A stretch of 49,797 nt of DNA, taken from assembly GCF_004010195.1 (NCBI RefSeq), contig NC_057751.1:17895768-17945564 (forward strand). Reading direction: 5' to 3'. Below the pieces are notes generated by a model, which saw nothing but the letters and a program-made list of their open reading frames with translations, was not told the DNA's origin and made no database searches. The translations under genes were made by a program, and so were the position numbers. The DNA is from Chiloscyllium plagiosum (Eukaryota). Of this stretch, positions 1 through 12,520 are shown one piece after another (position 1 is the first letter of the stretch; every line of letters starts with the position of its first letter).

Positions 1-2330
1 CGAGTGGCGCATAACCTACCACGTGGGAGGTGAGTTGTTTAGGAGTGAGGAAAACGCAACCTAAAATACAAAGAAAAACATGTTTACTGGCCCGGACTGC
101 ACAAGGAAGTAGTTGAATTTTGCCAGGCGTGCCATATATATAATTGGAAAAGCACAAGCAGGAGTAAAACTTGCACCTTTAATAATTATTCCTCTAATTA
201 ATTAAACTTTTGCAAGAGTCTCAATTGATTGTGTAGGTCCACTACGATAAACATAAAGTGGTGATCACTATTTGTTAACAACAATGTGAGTAGCGACGAG
301 ATTTTCAGAGGCCATTATGTAATATCACAGAAGAAAAGATTGCAGAGGAATTACTCAAATGTTTTCACTAGATATAGAGGACCTACACGGGTGCAATCAG
401 ATCAATAGTCAAAAGTTCGCATCAAAATTATTCAAGGAATTTCTGGACAGCTTAGCAATGAAACAATTAAAATTAACTGTGCACCATTCAGAATTTCAGG
501 GAACGTTAGAAATGTGACATCAGTGTTTATAAGCTATGTTTAGGGCTTATAGTCAAGACTACCCATATGATTGGGATAAAGAAATTTCATTTGTGTTTTT
601 TTGCGATCAGAGATCACCAAAGAATCGATCAAATTCAGTCTATTTGAATTAGATTTTTCCCGTCATGAATTGAGAGGACCATTAAAATTGATTAAGGAGA
701 AATTACTAAGTCAGAATTCAGAGATCATATTTTTAGAAAATGTGTCAACTTTAGCGAACGATTAAAACAGCTGGGGAGTTGGCTAGAGAACGTTGAAAGT
801 ATCACAGCATACAACGAAACAGGAAACAGACCAGAAATTAAAGGTTCACAATTTTGTTATCCAGGACAAGGTATTACATTCTGTGATAGGTGCACATTCA
901 AAAGCAAGGTTTAGTGGATTTTATCAAGTCCAAAGGAAATTGAATGAATTCAACTACTTGATTGTGGCTGCAGACAAATAAAGAAATCGCAGAGTGTGTC
1001 ATGCGTATATGCTGGAAAGGTATTTTGACAGGGGTAAAAAGCAAGAGGATAATGCGTTGTTGATTGCTACACAGAGGGAACGACAAAGTTCATAAGATTC
1101 TGAATTGGAGATTCCGCCAATTAAATTGGACAATCAGGGAGTTATCCTTAAAGGCACATGTTCAAATGGAGATTGAACACACTCTGAGACGAAATACAAA
1201 GTGAGTTACAATGACTAGAACTCACCCATAATAATTGTACCAAACCCAGATATTACCCAACGGTGATGTGTGAATTATGGCAAGGTTAATGCAGTTTCAA
1301 ACACTGATGTATTTCTGATTTTGACGTTGGAAGACTGTGTTGAGAAGTTAGGCCAAGCAACTTATATTTCTAAGTTGGACTTGTTCAGGGGATACTGGAA
1401 AATACCTTCGACAGACATTGAAAAAAGCAATTTCGTAATGTCGAATGGACTGTATCAGTTTAAAGTAATACCATTTGGCATGGAAAATTCGCCAATTCAG
1501 TGACTAACTAAGAAGGCCATTACCATTTAACCAACTGCGTGGCATGTACCAATGACCTGGTGATTATTAGTCACACACGAAGGGAAAGTTTACAACATTT
1601 ATCAGGCTTGTTCGATTGACTTCACAAGGCAGGCTTGGTGATAAACCTGGGTAAAAGTACATTTATGAAGTCCAAGTCACCTTCCTGGGCCATGTTATTG
1701 GACATGGATAAATAGCCCACGGGTTGCAAAAATAAATGTAATTGGGGCGATTTCCATACCCTCAATGAACGATCAGTAATACGGTTCGTGGGATTGACTT
1801 GATATTATCAAACACTTGTCCCAAATTTAAGCAGCATGGCTGCTGCATTCGCTGGGCAGCGAATTGTCAGAAGACATTTGACAGCGTGATAGCTGTGTTA
1901 ACAATTTCCACAGTATTAGCCACACCTAATACTGTGGAAATTCAACGCCATTCAAGATGGCTATCGATTCAAGTGATGTGCGTGTTGGTGTTATGCTTTT
2001 GCAACAAAATGTCGAGAAGGTAGAAATACCTATTGGGTATTTCTCCAGGAAGTTGAAAGTTCATCAGTATAAATATTCGACAGTGGAGAAGGAGACTTTT
2101 GGGCTTGGTGTTGGCATTTCAATATTTCAGTGTTTATGTTACCAGCAAGGTCTCTGAGACAATCGTATACCCGTATCAAAAGCGATTGCAGTTTGTGAAT
2201 ATACTTAAGGACAGAAACGCCAAACTGTTTAAACGTAGCTTGTTGTTACAGCCATTCAATTTTAAAATTGTGCACGTGACAGGTTGATAAAACGTGATTC
2301 CCGACGCACTGTCGAGATTCGAATGAGGAG
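1..2330 (+). mobile_element. Decayed Gmr1-type Ty3/gypsy LTR retrotransposon pol region (integrase, then RT, then RNase H); 5' part lies outside the window
   Basis: Frameshifted remnants: integrase (YWPGLHKEVVEFCQACH, IDCVGPL, RFSEAI) at about 1-1050; RT (SPIIIVPKPD, LEDCVEKLGQATYISKLDLFRGYW, GLYQFKVIPFGM) at about 1200-1750; RNase H (AIDSSDVRVG, PIGYFSRKL, YSTVEKE, NVIPDALSR) at about 1950-2325. Confidence 0.9.
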
Positions 2331-2509
2331 GGTACGTGTTTGGTGGCCGGAATCCAACAGACTGAAATGGAATGTGGTTGTGCATGTTTGCACGTTTAGT
2401 GTCAGTGCAATGTATATGTGCCATTCAGAGGCCTAAAGATATTTTAGGCGTTTTAAAACGAAGCCATCTTTAATTATTGATGGCTCATTTTCATCTTAAA
2501 GGTGAAAGA

Positions 2510-3107
2510 TCTGATGATGCTCCTTCTTTAACGAGGTTATGCTTTTTTTTAAAAAAAAGAGTTCGTAAATGATACAGTCTCTGCAAATTCTGGGCTAGAG
2601 AGTTTTAGGGTCTATTTGATAATAGCTAACAGATACTGCATCAGGCAGAGGTTCTAAAGTAAAAAAAAACACTTGTGCAATGAAAGATTCTGGCCCGTTC
2701 TCTGTTTTTTTTTAAAGCACTAATTGGAACAAAAAAGCTGCTGGACCCATAGAAGCAAGGCCAGGCTGGCAATCTCACTGACTTCTGTCCTGCAACAGCA
2801 ACTTGTTTTTGATTTCAATTTGTTTTGCCAAGGGGTGTTTATGGGGACTATTGCAAGTATTTTGAACAGCATCATTAAGTTGAGATGACTTTTTCAGTTT
2901 TCGGGAGGTTACATTAGTCGATTTCCTCTTCACTGTGCTTTGTGTTTCGTTCAGTAATGTTGTAAATAAATTCTGCGTTTGTTTCACACTGAGTGGTTTC
3001 TTCAGCTGATTCCTTCCTGCAATATCTAATTTACGCCTGCTGAAAACGAAGTTATGGTGAGGGCTACCTTCTGAAATGTTTTGAGGAGTCAAGCCATGCC
3101 CATAACA
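2510..3107 (+). mobile_element. 3' LTR of the first Gmr1-type element
   Basis: Follows the pol end and a purine-rich tract (aaaggtgaaaga), and ends CATAACA. Its 3' end is similar to the reverse complement of the LTR at 24548-25200. Confidence 0.7.
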
Positions 3108-3177
3108 CACTAATCCATGATCATTTGGAATCTCATCGTAGGCTCTAACTGCCAAACAGTCTACTCTTGGTTCTAAA

Positions 3178-4130
3178 TAGAAACATATAAGAAAGGAGCT
3201 GGAGGAGTCCATTGGGTCCTTAGAGCCTGCTCCATCATTCATCGTGATTCTCGGATTCATTAGCCTAATGCTGCTTTCACCCCATAATCTTTTTATCCCA
3301 ATGGCATCAGGTTATACATCTTGCTGCCTCATGAATACATTCAGTATTTTGTCATGAGGTTCTTCCTGAGGTAATAAATTCCACAGACTCACCACTCTTC
3401 CATTGAGGAAATGTCTCCTCATGTCCATGCTACGTGGTCCAAACTGAATTTACAGACTGTGAACCCTGTTTCTGGACGCACCGGTCGTCGGGGTCAACTA
3501 CCTTGTTTACTCCTGTAAATATGTTCTTGTCTCTATGAGATCTACCCTCACTTGTCCGACATCCAGCGAAAACAATTTAACCTCAGACGTCATTCACGCC
3601 ATCCCTGGAATCAACTTGGGTCACGTATGCTGCACTCCCTGGAGACCAACAGCTTCCTTCCGCAGAATAGTGGACAAAATCTGCACAAAATATTCTAAGT
3701 GTGACCGCACCCGGGCCCTGTATAATTGCAACAACGCATCCCTGCTCCTTAGTGGAACCGCCACACAATTAAGGCCAATATGCGATTTGCCTTTTTTACT
3801 GCTCGCTGCATCGGTGTGCTTACCTTCCGTGATGGTGCCCAAGGATTCCCAGTTCCCGATGTACATACGGGTCTCCCAATTCATAACCTTTCAGGATCAG
3901 GAATATGCCATTTATCTCTATGAAGCCTGCCACACCGATCATTGTGATCATGATTGATCACCTGCCTCAACGTCATGTTCGCACTTTCTTTCCATGCCGA
4001 TTGATACCTTAAATATTTAAAAGGAGAACAACCTCTTCTGTGAGCATATTCAGCGTTTTCTTGTTTTTGCTTTCAAAGTGAATAACCTCGTATTTATCCA
4101 AATTACATTGCACCTGCTGATCTTGTTGTC
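3178..4130 (-). mobile_element. CR1 LINE 3' fragment(s), degenerate
   Basis: Minus-strand translation LLQLYRARVRSHLEYFVQI is the CR1 RT C-terminal motif; CR1-type 3' UTR near 3178-3300. Confidence 0.8.
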
Positions 4131-4139
4131 CTATGCGCT

Positions 4140-5040
4140 GATTTTATTTTCACTACTCATTATGGAGACTGGAGTTCAAATTGTTGCATGCCCTTATTGC
4201 AATTTCTGTCTCATGTACTAGGACATTGTTCAGGATGAAAAATGGCCAATCTCTCAGACTCTTTCTAATCACTCTGTCTCTCCCTGGGATAAAGGCACTC
4301 CACTCTCCCATGACTTCTCAGAGGACAGTTGGAACACAGTTACTTGTGCGGAAAAATAGTATTCATCATTTCTACAAACTGGGCCTTGACTGAGACAGCA
4401 GATTGGAAAAAAAATAAGTTTCCCAAACTACTACATGACGCCAAATATTTTTACCTCACCTAAAATGTGACTGTCGTGGGAGAATTTCTTCAGGAGCGTG
4501 TTTTTCTAGTGACGCCATCAAATACATTCTCTGGGGCTCGTATCCCTTTACCAAGTCACACGTTATTTTTAGGTGGAGAATATTAACATTGATCCAGCTC
4601 TCAGAGTGGACAGGATTAGATTAGATTACAGTGTGGAAACAGGCCCTTCGGCCCAACAAGTCCGCACCGACCCGCCGAAGCGAAACCCACCCATACCCCT
4701 ACATTTACCCCTTACCTGACACTACGGGCAATTTAGTATGGCCAATTCACCTGACCCTGCACATCTTTGGACTGTGGGAGGAAACCGGAGCACCCGGAGG
4801 AAACCCACGCAGACACGGGGAGAACGTGCAAACTCCACACAGTCAGTCGCCTGAGGCGGGAATTGAACCCGGGTCTCTGGCGCTGTGAGGCAGTAGAGCT
4901 AACCACTGTGCCACCGTGCCGTTGACAACCCTGTTCGTAACTGTTAGACAGGGCTCCCTGATTCGATTAAGTAACTAACCAAAAACAGGAAATTCATATT
5001 CTACAAGGACCAACTGGCTGACCTCGTTGCAATCACTTAT
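4140..5040 (-). mobile_element. Decayed gypsy-type LTR (about 4518-5040) with PBS-like TGGCGTC and a gag-start remnant; LTR interrupted by a SINE
   Basis: Minus strand reads gtgattgcaacgaggtcagccag...agaatatga...cagggagccctg, then TGGCGTC, then a degenerate FGKL...AQFVE...YFFR gag-like start. Confidence 0.5.
4614..4921 (-). mobile_element. HE1-type tRNA-derived V-SINE, young full-length copy
   Basis: tRNA-like head (ggcacggtggcacagtggttag...ggttcaattcc), V-domain (tgtggagtttgcacgttctccccgtgtctgcgtgggtttcc) and (taatc)n tail. Confidence 0.93.
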
Positions 5041-5589
5041 AAAGAGCATTCCATTTTAAATTGTGTTCGAACTGTTCGCGAGAATGTGTTGGAAACGTAC
5101 CATTGAATTATCATTCAGTTTTATTGGAAATAATTGAAAAGTGTACAAGAAAAACATTTGACATGACGTAATGAGAACTGTTTCGACATTCTCCCTCTCG
5201 AGCTGTTATGTTCCCCTTTTAGCATGCGTTCAATAATTTTGACATTATTTCGCATAAATATTTTTATCGTATCACAGAGTGAAAATGGCCCATCGATCAA
5301 CTGAATCTGAACAGAAACAAAGAGAGAATAGCCCTTAGTTTGATCTGGAATTTGGTTTCTCAATCTGCATTGCTACATCACTTTATTCTAATTGATCGCC
5401 ACTCTTCCTTCTGTGAGAAAATGCTTACCTTCCTGCTGTCTCTGTTTTTATGCATGAAATCGATGAAGAAAATATTGCTTGATTAATTGCATGGTCTGAA
5501 TTAAATCAATTTCTTATTTGAAAGTTGCAATCAAAAAATAGCTAATAAACATCCCGATATCAGTTGATAATGTAGTAAAAATTTCACCT

Positions 5590-5850
5590 GCAATGTTTCC
5601 TGGAAGGTGGCCTTGAAACCCATTCAGTCTGTTCATGAGATTTGAATTCTGAGATTTCAAATCAAAGTAATTGGCTGCCTGGTGACTACTGTAATGCAAG
5701 CCCGTCCAATTTACTCATATAATTTCAGAAAAGAAAGGTGTCATTCTAGGCTTTGCATGTGACAACATACCCAGAGAATGTATTTGAATATTAGTGATGA
5801 ACAATTAATGATGGGCAAGATAAAAATGCCCATATCATTAATAAATAAAC
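5590..5850 (+). mobile_element. Highly degenerate SINE of the same family as 11965-12520
   Basis: Motifs gatttgaattc, catgtgac and a gatgggcaa...aataaataaa tail. Confidence 0.4.
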
Positions 5851-6564
5851 TTTCCATCGACACCTTTGCTGTGTAATTACGTTTTGTATTCAGGTCTATT
5901 TAAGTAATGATTCGAGAACACAAATAACAGTGTCAAATAGGTGCTTTGTTTCTGTTTACTGTGAGCTGTTCACTCCGCTGGTCTGAACAACAACTGCTAC
6001 CATCTCACAACATTTAAAAAAATATTAATCAGTTTCTGCTTCATCATATCTAAATCATGGCAAGAGAGTCCTCGAAACTTAGAGCAGGGTGTACTGCTGT
6101 AAACTAAATAGCTAAATATTCACATCACCAGGGGCAAGAAAAGAATAGTCACACTTGAGGAGCAGCTGGGCGTCGTGCAGCCTCCTTTTTAGTGTGTGAA
6201 CCGCCAATATCTATCTTCAAAGTGTAACCATGTCTGAAAATTGAAAAATGAAATAGTTGAATAAATCCAAACTAGATCTGAAAAGAACAAAGTAGATTTG
6301 ATGGCTGTGTTGGGATCTATAGCAGACATAATTCCTTCTATCACCCAATCATTTACCATGCTGTCCATCAGCAAGAATCGATTACATTCCCAGTTCTGTA
6401 GCGAGTACAGTTACTGACAGAGGGTGCTGATGGTGCTGTTTGGCGACCAACTGAAGATGTAATCGTCAATACACTGTTGTTAGCACCACACCAATCTTGC
6501 CCACACCCAACACATGATCTCAATATTTGAAAACCATTCTTTCTGAGACCAACCTTTGGACAAA

Positions 6565-6925
6565 TTAGACACTTGGAATGTTTTCTTTGGAGTAGGGAAC
6601 GCTGAGAGAAGACCTGACAGAGGTTTTTAAAGTCAAAAACAACCTGAATGGAGTAATTGGGTTGGAACTGTGAAGAAGAACTGAAAGCATCGATTTAAAG
6701 TAACGTGCAAACGAGGCAAAGAAAACGAAAGATAAACTCAGCAAGTACACGAGGTTTGAAATTGACTGACTGGGAAATGGTGGATGTATATTCAACCGAG
6801 GCGTTCAAGAGGGTCATTTGATGGGCATTTGAATTGTAATAGTATGCACCGATATTGGAACAATTAGCACTCGGAAATTCAATCTGACTAGATCATTGAG
6901 CAGGCCTCGTGTTTCCAGTGGTTTC
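6565..6925 (+). mobile_element. CR1 LINE 3' fragment
   Basis: LGMFSLE*GTLREDLTEVFK remnant (CR1 LGLFSLE.RRLRGDLIEV.K motif). Confidence 0.7.
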
Positions 6926-8123
6926 CTACTGCATCTCAACTAACTGCAATTCTTCAGATTTGAACTCCATCGCTGTATACATCTCTTTAAACCCAGTCAA
7001 ACATACAGCCTCAAATATCTCCATCCTCTTCCAAATCTTCACATATTTCCATATAGGAAGCTGATGTAGATGCAACGGCTTTTTAAACTGTGCTTCCTTT
7101 ATGTAGTATTCCTTCTGCATTGTTGGGGGTAGAAATGTGAAATAAAAACAAAACCTGCGATAAAAACTGTGTAGATCAAGAAACATCGTGGAGTGAGACA
7201 CAGAGGTAGCAATTCGGCCTCAGCACATCCAAGGGTAACGAGAAATCAAATGGTTCGTCAGTCGAATGAAAGTACTGGACTTCGAAGCAGACAAACGATT
7301 CAAATGATGCACGAATGAAAAAATATGATCATTGTAATTTTATTACAAATCGATACAAAGGTTACAGTGGAGCGAGGAAAATTTTAAAGTCAAGAAAAGG
7401 CATGCTCAGAAATGGTTACTTTGTAAAACCTTATATGAAAGATTGTTTGAAAATGATCATGAGACAAAACGCCTGATCACTGTCCAGGGAATCCTGCATT
7501 TGAGATTGGGGAAAGGGAAATCAGCCTGGGTCTTCGTCAGATCACTGTCCATCGATGACTGAGTTAGAAAAAAAGCTTTCAAATCTGCCAGACTTTAGTT
7601 TCTGATCACTAATCTGAGATTCCCTGGTTCGAGAAAATGAGGAAATGAACCAGAATTCGTGATTATGATCATTATCTACGATACCTGGATTAGAGAGAGA
7701 GAGAGAGAGAGAGAGCAGAGAAATCAGCAATGCATTTGGTCCTGATGTCTGTTCAATAATTCCTCGTTATTGACAGAGGCAGGGGAATTCGTTATGTATA
7801 ATCGATGGGCTGAATGACCTATTTCTACTCCTCAATTTAATGGTGTACAGCTTCTATGGCGTTCACACAAAAACGGTTTTAAGGAGGGAGACGGTGGCCT
7901 GCAGTTTGGAATGCATTGATTGAGTGAGGGTACTGTTAGGGAATTTTGAAGACGGAGTCGGATCAGTATCCGATCTTGAAGGATGCACAGGGTTGGGGGT
8001 GAATTGACTAACTGTGTTGTGGCAAGGGGACAGAATAAGCATGAGGGTCTAATGGCCTCTTCCTCAGCTGACACAATGGTCCTCAATTCTGATCAAACTG
8101 TCTCTCTGCTCCTCCCGCTATAA

Positions 8124-8217
8124 TTCAGTGCTGTGTTTGCCGAGAAACCGATGCCTTTTATTCCGATTCGCTGTCTCTAGCAGGCTAACCATGCATCACA
8201 TGCTGCCAGGAACTGGG
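8124..8217 (+). pseudogene. UNC93B1: UNC93B1 pseudo-exon (exon 6 equivalent, 94 bp)
   Basis: FSAVFAEKPMPFIPIRCL*QANHASHAARNW(G) aligns ungapped to LSFACAQLPMIYFLNHYLYDLNHTLYNVQSC(G). It ends in phase 1 at GTAGG; the acceptor reads AA instead of AG. Confidence 0.7.
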
Positions 8218-8269
8218 GTAGGAGACCTCAGCTGAAAGAGAGCATCAGAATTGTAAATGTCTCAACACA

Positions 8270-8495
8270 GGTCTCAGAGAGAAAGCGAGTGAGAGTGAGA
8301 GAGAGAGAGACAGACAGAGAGACAAACAGAGACAGAGAAGTAAATAGACTCCAACACTTACTGGGAACATCACACACAAAGACAGAGAGAGAGACAGGCA
8401 GAGAGTCTTCAACACACACTCGTTGTGTCACACATAAAGACACAGAGAGACACAGAATGAGAGAGAGATAAATGAGTACAGACACACTCGCATCT
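8270..8495. repeat. GA/GACA-rich low-complexity tract (a similar tract lies at about 9945-10110)
   Basis: Direct reading; the two tracts flank a CR1 insertion. Confidence 0.85.
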
Positions 8496-8499
8496 GGAG

Positions 8500-9945
8500 T
8501 CACAGATTATCAAGTCAAACAACTTGGAAAACCATCGTTTGGTCTAACGCATTCGCGCTGGTCTGTTATCCTATCATATCTAGCTCCATTTGCCAGCATT
8601 TGGCCCATATCCTCTAAACCCTTCTCATTCATGTGTCTATCCAGATGCCTTTTAGACGTTGGAATTGTAATCATATCGAGCACTACCTCTGGCAGCTTGG
8701 TTCATATACGCACCACCGACTACTTGAACGAGTTACCCCTCAGGTCTTTTATCAAACCTTTCCCGATTCACTTAAATCTTGTTACCCATCTGATTAGATT
8801 TTAGAGGAAACAGGCCCTTCGGCCCAACAAGTCCACACCGCCCCGCCGAAGCACAACCCACCCATACCCCTACATTTACCCCTCACCTAACACTACGAGC
8901 AATTTAGCATGACCAATTCACCTAACCTGCACATCTTTGGACTGTGGGAGCACCCGGAGGAAACCCACGCAGACACGGGGAGAACGTGCAAACTCCACAC
9001 AGTCAGTCGCCTGAGGCAGGAATTGAACCCGGGTCTCTGGCGCTGTGAGGCAGCAGTGCTAACCACTGTGCCACCGTGCAGCCTGAAAAGCACAGTGGAT
9101 TAAACAGATTACACAGCTGTTCCCTGCAACCCAAACATTATAGTCCTCAAAAACATCATTGTAAATATTTTCTGCCCACTTCCAAATTAAACAGCATTTT
9201 TTTCTCTGGAGCAGACACTTGAATTGTAAGTGACATCACCAATGTCCTGTGCATCTGCAGAATGACTTCACAACCCCTATACTCAATGCACTGACCAATG
9301 ATAGCGAGTCGACCAAACACCACCTTCACCACCATGTGTGCCTGTTACACGAATTTGAAGGAACTTTGGACGTGAACCCCTCGCTCTTTTTGTTTTGGCA
9401 TCACTGCCCGGGGCCTACCATTAACTGGATTTGTCATGCCCCTGCTTTGTCTTTTCAAAATGTAACTCTTCACATTTATCATAATTAAACTCATCTGCCA
9501 CTCCTTGGCTCATTTTCCTATTAGATCAAATTCTCGTTGTTTTTTCGAGATGATAATCTTCATCCCATACTACAACACCGATTTTAGTGTCATCTACAGA
9601 TTTACTAATCACGCCTGTAATATTCGCTTTGAAGTCATTTACATAAAACTCGAAAATCAGTGGATCCAGCACTGATCCTTGTAGCACACCCCGGTCACAG
9701 ACCTCCAATGCAAAAAGCAATGCTCTGCCACCACACTCTGTCTCCTACCTTCAAGCCAATTTTAGATACACATGGCTACCTCACCAGGACAACATATGTT
9801 TAAACTTGCTAACCAGTCTAAAATGTGAAATCCTGTCTCTCACCTTGCTAAAGGTCATATAAACAACATCTCCTGCTCTGCCTTGATCTATTTTCTTTGC
9901 CAACACTTACAAATCCTAAATCAAGTTAGTAAGACGATTGTTCAC
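8500..9945 (-). mobile_element. CR1 LINE RT/3' fragment(s) with a nested SINE
   Basis: GVLQGSVLDPLIFEFYVND and SKSVDDTKIG motifs; CR1 3' UTR near 8500-8790. Confidence 0.85.
8790..9079 (-). mobile_element. HE1-type V-SINE
   Basis: Close similarity to 4614-4921, with a short internal deletion. Confidence 0.92.
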
Positions 9946-10235
9946 GCGCAGAGAAAAAAAAACGCACAAGGAGAGCAAGAGCGTTAGGGAGAGAGAGAGA
10001 GACAGAATGAAAGAGAGAGAGAGTCGGAAGAAAACAGGTAGAGACATTGCGTGAGCAGCGGGCACACAAAGAAGTGCACAGACAGTCGGAGACACAGAGA
10101 TAGGCATGACAAGTGTGGGTGAAGGTGAGTGGACGTGGGAGATGAGGGTGGCGTGGCATTTTCATGTTCCTTTGTTAGAAGCATAGAGTGAAAGTGAATG
10201 CTGTGTTTTTTTTTTAGCGTTTATTTTAGTGGCAG

Positions 10236-10356
10236 GCACTGACATAAAGATTACTAACCAGATCGAGGGTCTGAACAAGACTCTGTTGATGAAGATTCCT
10301 CACGGCATCAGACTCATTGTGATTGAGATTGCCCTTATACTTCGCCATGGTACACG
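10236..10356 (+). pseudogene. UNC93B1: UNC93B1 pseudo-exon (exon 7 equivalent)
   Basis: After CAG: (G)TDIKITNQIEGLNKTLLMKIPHGIRLIVIEIALI/FAM versus GTNSHGILSGFNKTVLRTLPRSGNLIVVESVLMAVAFLAM. The phase-1 start fits the previous exon. Confidence 0.8.
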
Positions 10357-11002
10357 GTACATGTATGGAAGCTGAGGATATGCAAGTAGATTGACGGCAC
10401 AGAGAAAGACAGAGAAAGATGGTGTTTGTGAAGAACTGAGGTGGATTTAGAGATGGGGTGTGTGAGGCTGTTGCAAACGTTAAAGATCACTTATGGAACT
10501 GAGATCATAACATAATAAATCTATCATTCAGTTTGAGAGTGAGGAACCTGGTCAAAAACACTTGTGTTAAACTTAAATACAGGTAATCATATAGGAATGG
10601 GGGCAAAACTGGCTTGGTGGACTGGTATCTAGATTTGGCAGAAAATGAAGTTGAAAAACATTCTCATACAGTTAAGGGAACAGATCATGGCTTACGATGA
10701 AGATACATTTCAATGAGGAAATTGTGATTCCAGTGATTTGATAAGCGAACCACCCTTGACCAGGGGAGTTAAGGACACTTCAGAGTAAAAGAAGAAAATT
10801 GCATTCTTGAAAAAATAATGGTAAACCAGAGGACTGGGCAAGTTTTGGAAACGTACAATGGATAACCGAACACAATAAACAAGTGAGCGAGGTGTTGAGG
10901 CTCAGCTCGGGAGTAATATTAAAATTGAGTGCAAAGACTTCTTTAACGTGTAAAGGATAATGGAGGTCAAAGTTAATATAGGCCCTTAAAGAATAAGCCG
11001 GG

Positions 11003-11031
11003 TTGGGGGGGGGGGGGGGGGGGCGTGGGGG
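11003..11031 (+). repeat. Poly-G run (G-quadruplex-prone)
   Basis: About 19 consecutive G followed by cgtggggg. Confidence 0.8.
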
Positions 11032-11964
11032 CTGAGGCTGCATGTTGTGGGGAAAGACAGGAAATGGCAGAGAAGTTCAATAAATGCATTACATCAGTCT
11101 CAGAAGTTACTGACAGTATTCCAAAGTTACCAAATATTCAAAAAGGAGAGGAAGTAAGTATAACGACAATCATGACAGAAGAAGTTATAATAGAAACTAA
11201 TGGTGTTAAAGAACAATAAAACTCCGAGGAATGATGAATGCTTACATATTTAAACGAAGTAACAACGGAGATTGCAGTTGCACTGGTAGTTATCCTCCAG
11301 GAGTCCTTAGGTTCTGGAAATGTCCCAGACGTTTGCAAAACTGTTAAATTCAACCTTTACTGAAGGAGAAAAAAAACTGACATGTAACTGTCGATCAATC
11401 TGATTCATAGATATTATATGATAAGCGTTAGTCCATTCTAAATGACGTGTTAGCAGATCTTTTCGGTATACGCACTGGGTTCAAACAGAGATAACATGCT
11501 TTCATGAAGGGGAAATCTATGCCTGACAAACGTCGAATTCTTTTGAATGAGTAGTTTCCAGAACAGATAAAAGGGAAGCACTGGATGTAGTACATTGAAG
11601 TTTTCAGTATGAGTTTTGACAAGGTTCTTCATGGTAGGCTTCATTCGGAGAGCCACAGTGTTGGAGAGGATAAATTAGCATAGAAAGCATTGAATTAGCG
11701 AATGAGTAGAGGGAAAACAAAGGGATTGGGTGATAGTTTTTGGATCACAACCTGTAACCAGTGGTGTGCCTTAGGAATCAGCAATGGGGCCATTATTATT
11801 TACAACATATCAGAATGACTTGGATAAGGAAAGCAAATGCATAATAGGCGCGTCTGCGAACAATACCAATCTAGATGGGAAGCCATATCGTGAGGATTAT
11901 GCAAAAGTCTGCAGAGAGACAGGAACAGGTTGGGCAAAAGAGATTTAACACATGCTAGATTTGC

Positions 11965-12520
11965 TTTTTACTCATCCACAAAATAAAGGTGTTGCTGGTT
12001 AGGCCAGCATTAATGGAACATCTGTAATTGCCCAGAGGGCACTTAAGAGTCATCAACATTCCAGTGTGGCTATAGGCACATATACTGAAAATGTGTTGCT
12101 GGAACAGCGCAGCAGATCAGGCAGCATCCAGGGAACAGGATGAAGAAGGGCTTGTGCCCGAAACGTCGATTCTTCTGTTCCCTGGATGCTGCCTGACCTG
12201 CTGCGCTGTTCCAGCAACACATTTTCAGCTCTGATCTCCAGCATCTGCAGACCTCACTTTCTCCTATAGATACGTATATGTAAACTCATGTAAACGTGGC
12301 TTTTTCCCTCCTTAAAGGGCATTAGCAAATGAGATTTATCCTTTGATAATGGATAATGGATTTGTAATCATCATTGGATCATTTTTTTCCATATTTTCCA
12401 GTCAAATTCCACTATCTGCTGTGGAAAGAGTCAAATCCAAGTCAACAAAAAGTTAACTGTGTGTCTAGGTTAACAGACCAACGAGAACACCACTGGCCAT
12501 CATTCCCCAAATGTAGCATA
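11965..12520 (-). mobile_element. Second-family tRNA-derived SINE sharing its 3' tail with the LINE at 37325-38040
   Basis: The reverse complement ends gggcaatta...aatgctggcctaaccagcaacacc; the head region reads cagatagtggaatttga. Confidence 0.65.
12085..12264 (+). mobile_element. Penelope-derived hairpin element with a hammerhead-ribozyme core, flanked by a TATA duplication
   Basis: 54-bp inverted arms (12085-12138 and 12175-12228, one mismatch). The loop contains TGAAGA-A-GGGC-TTGT-GCCC-GAAACGTC. TATA lies at 12081-12084 and 12265-12268. Confidence 0.8.

Noticed and set aside
4840..4921. tRNA gene
   Set aside because: The tRNA-like A/B boxes are SINE heads continuous with the V-domain; the same applies to the other copies.
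6114..6225. Possible UNC93B1 exon 5 remnant (KYSHHQGQE...)
   Set aside because: The similarity is too weak and there are no convincing splice sites. A sensitive alignment to the parent gene would settle it.
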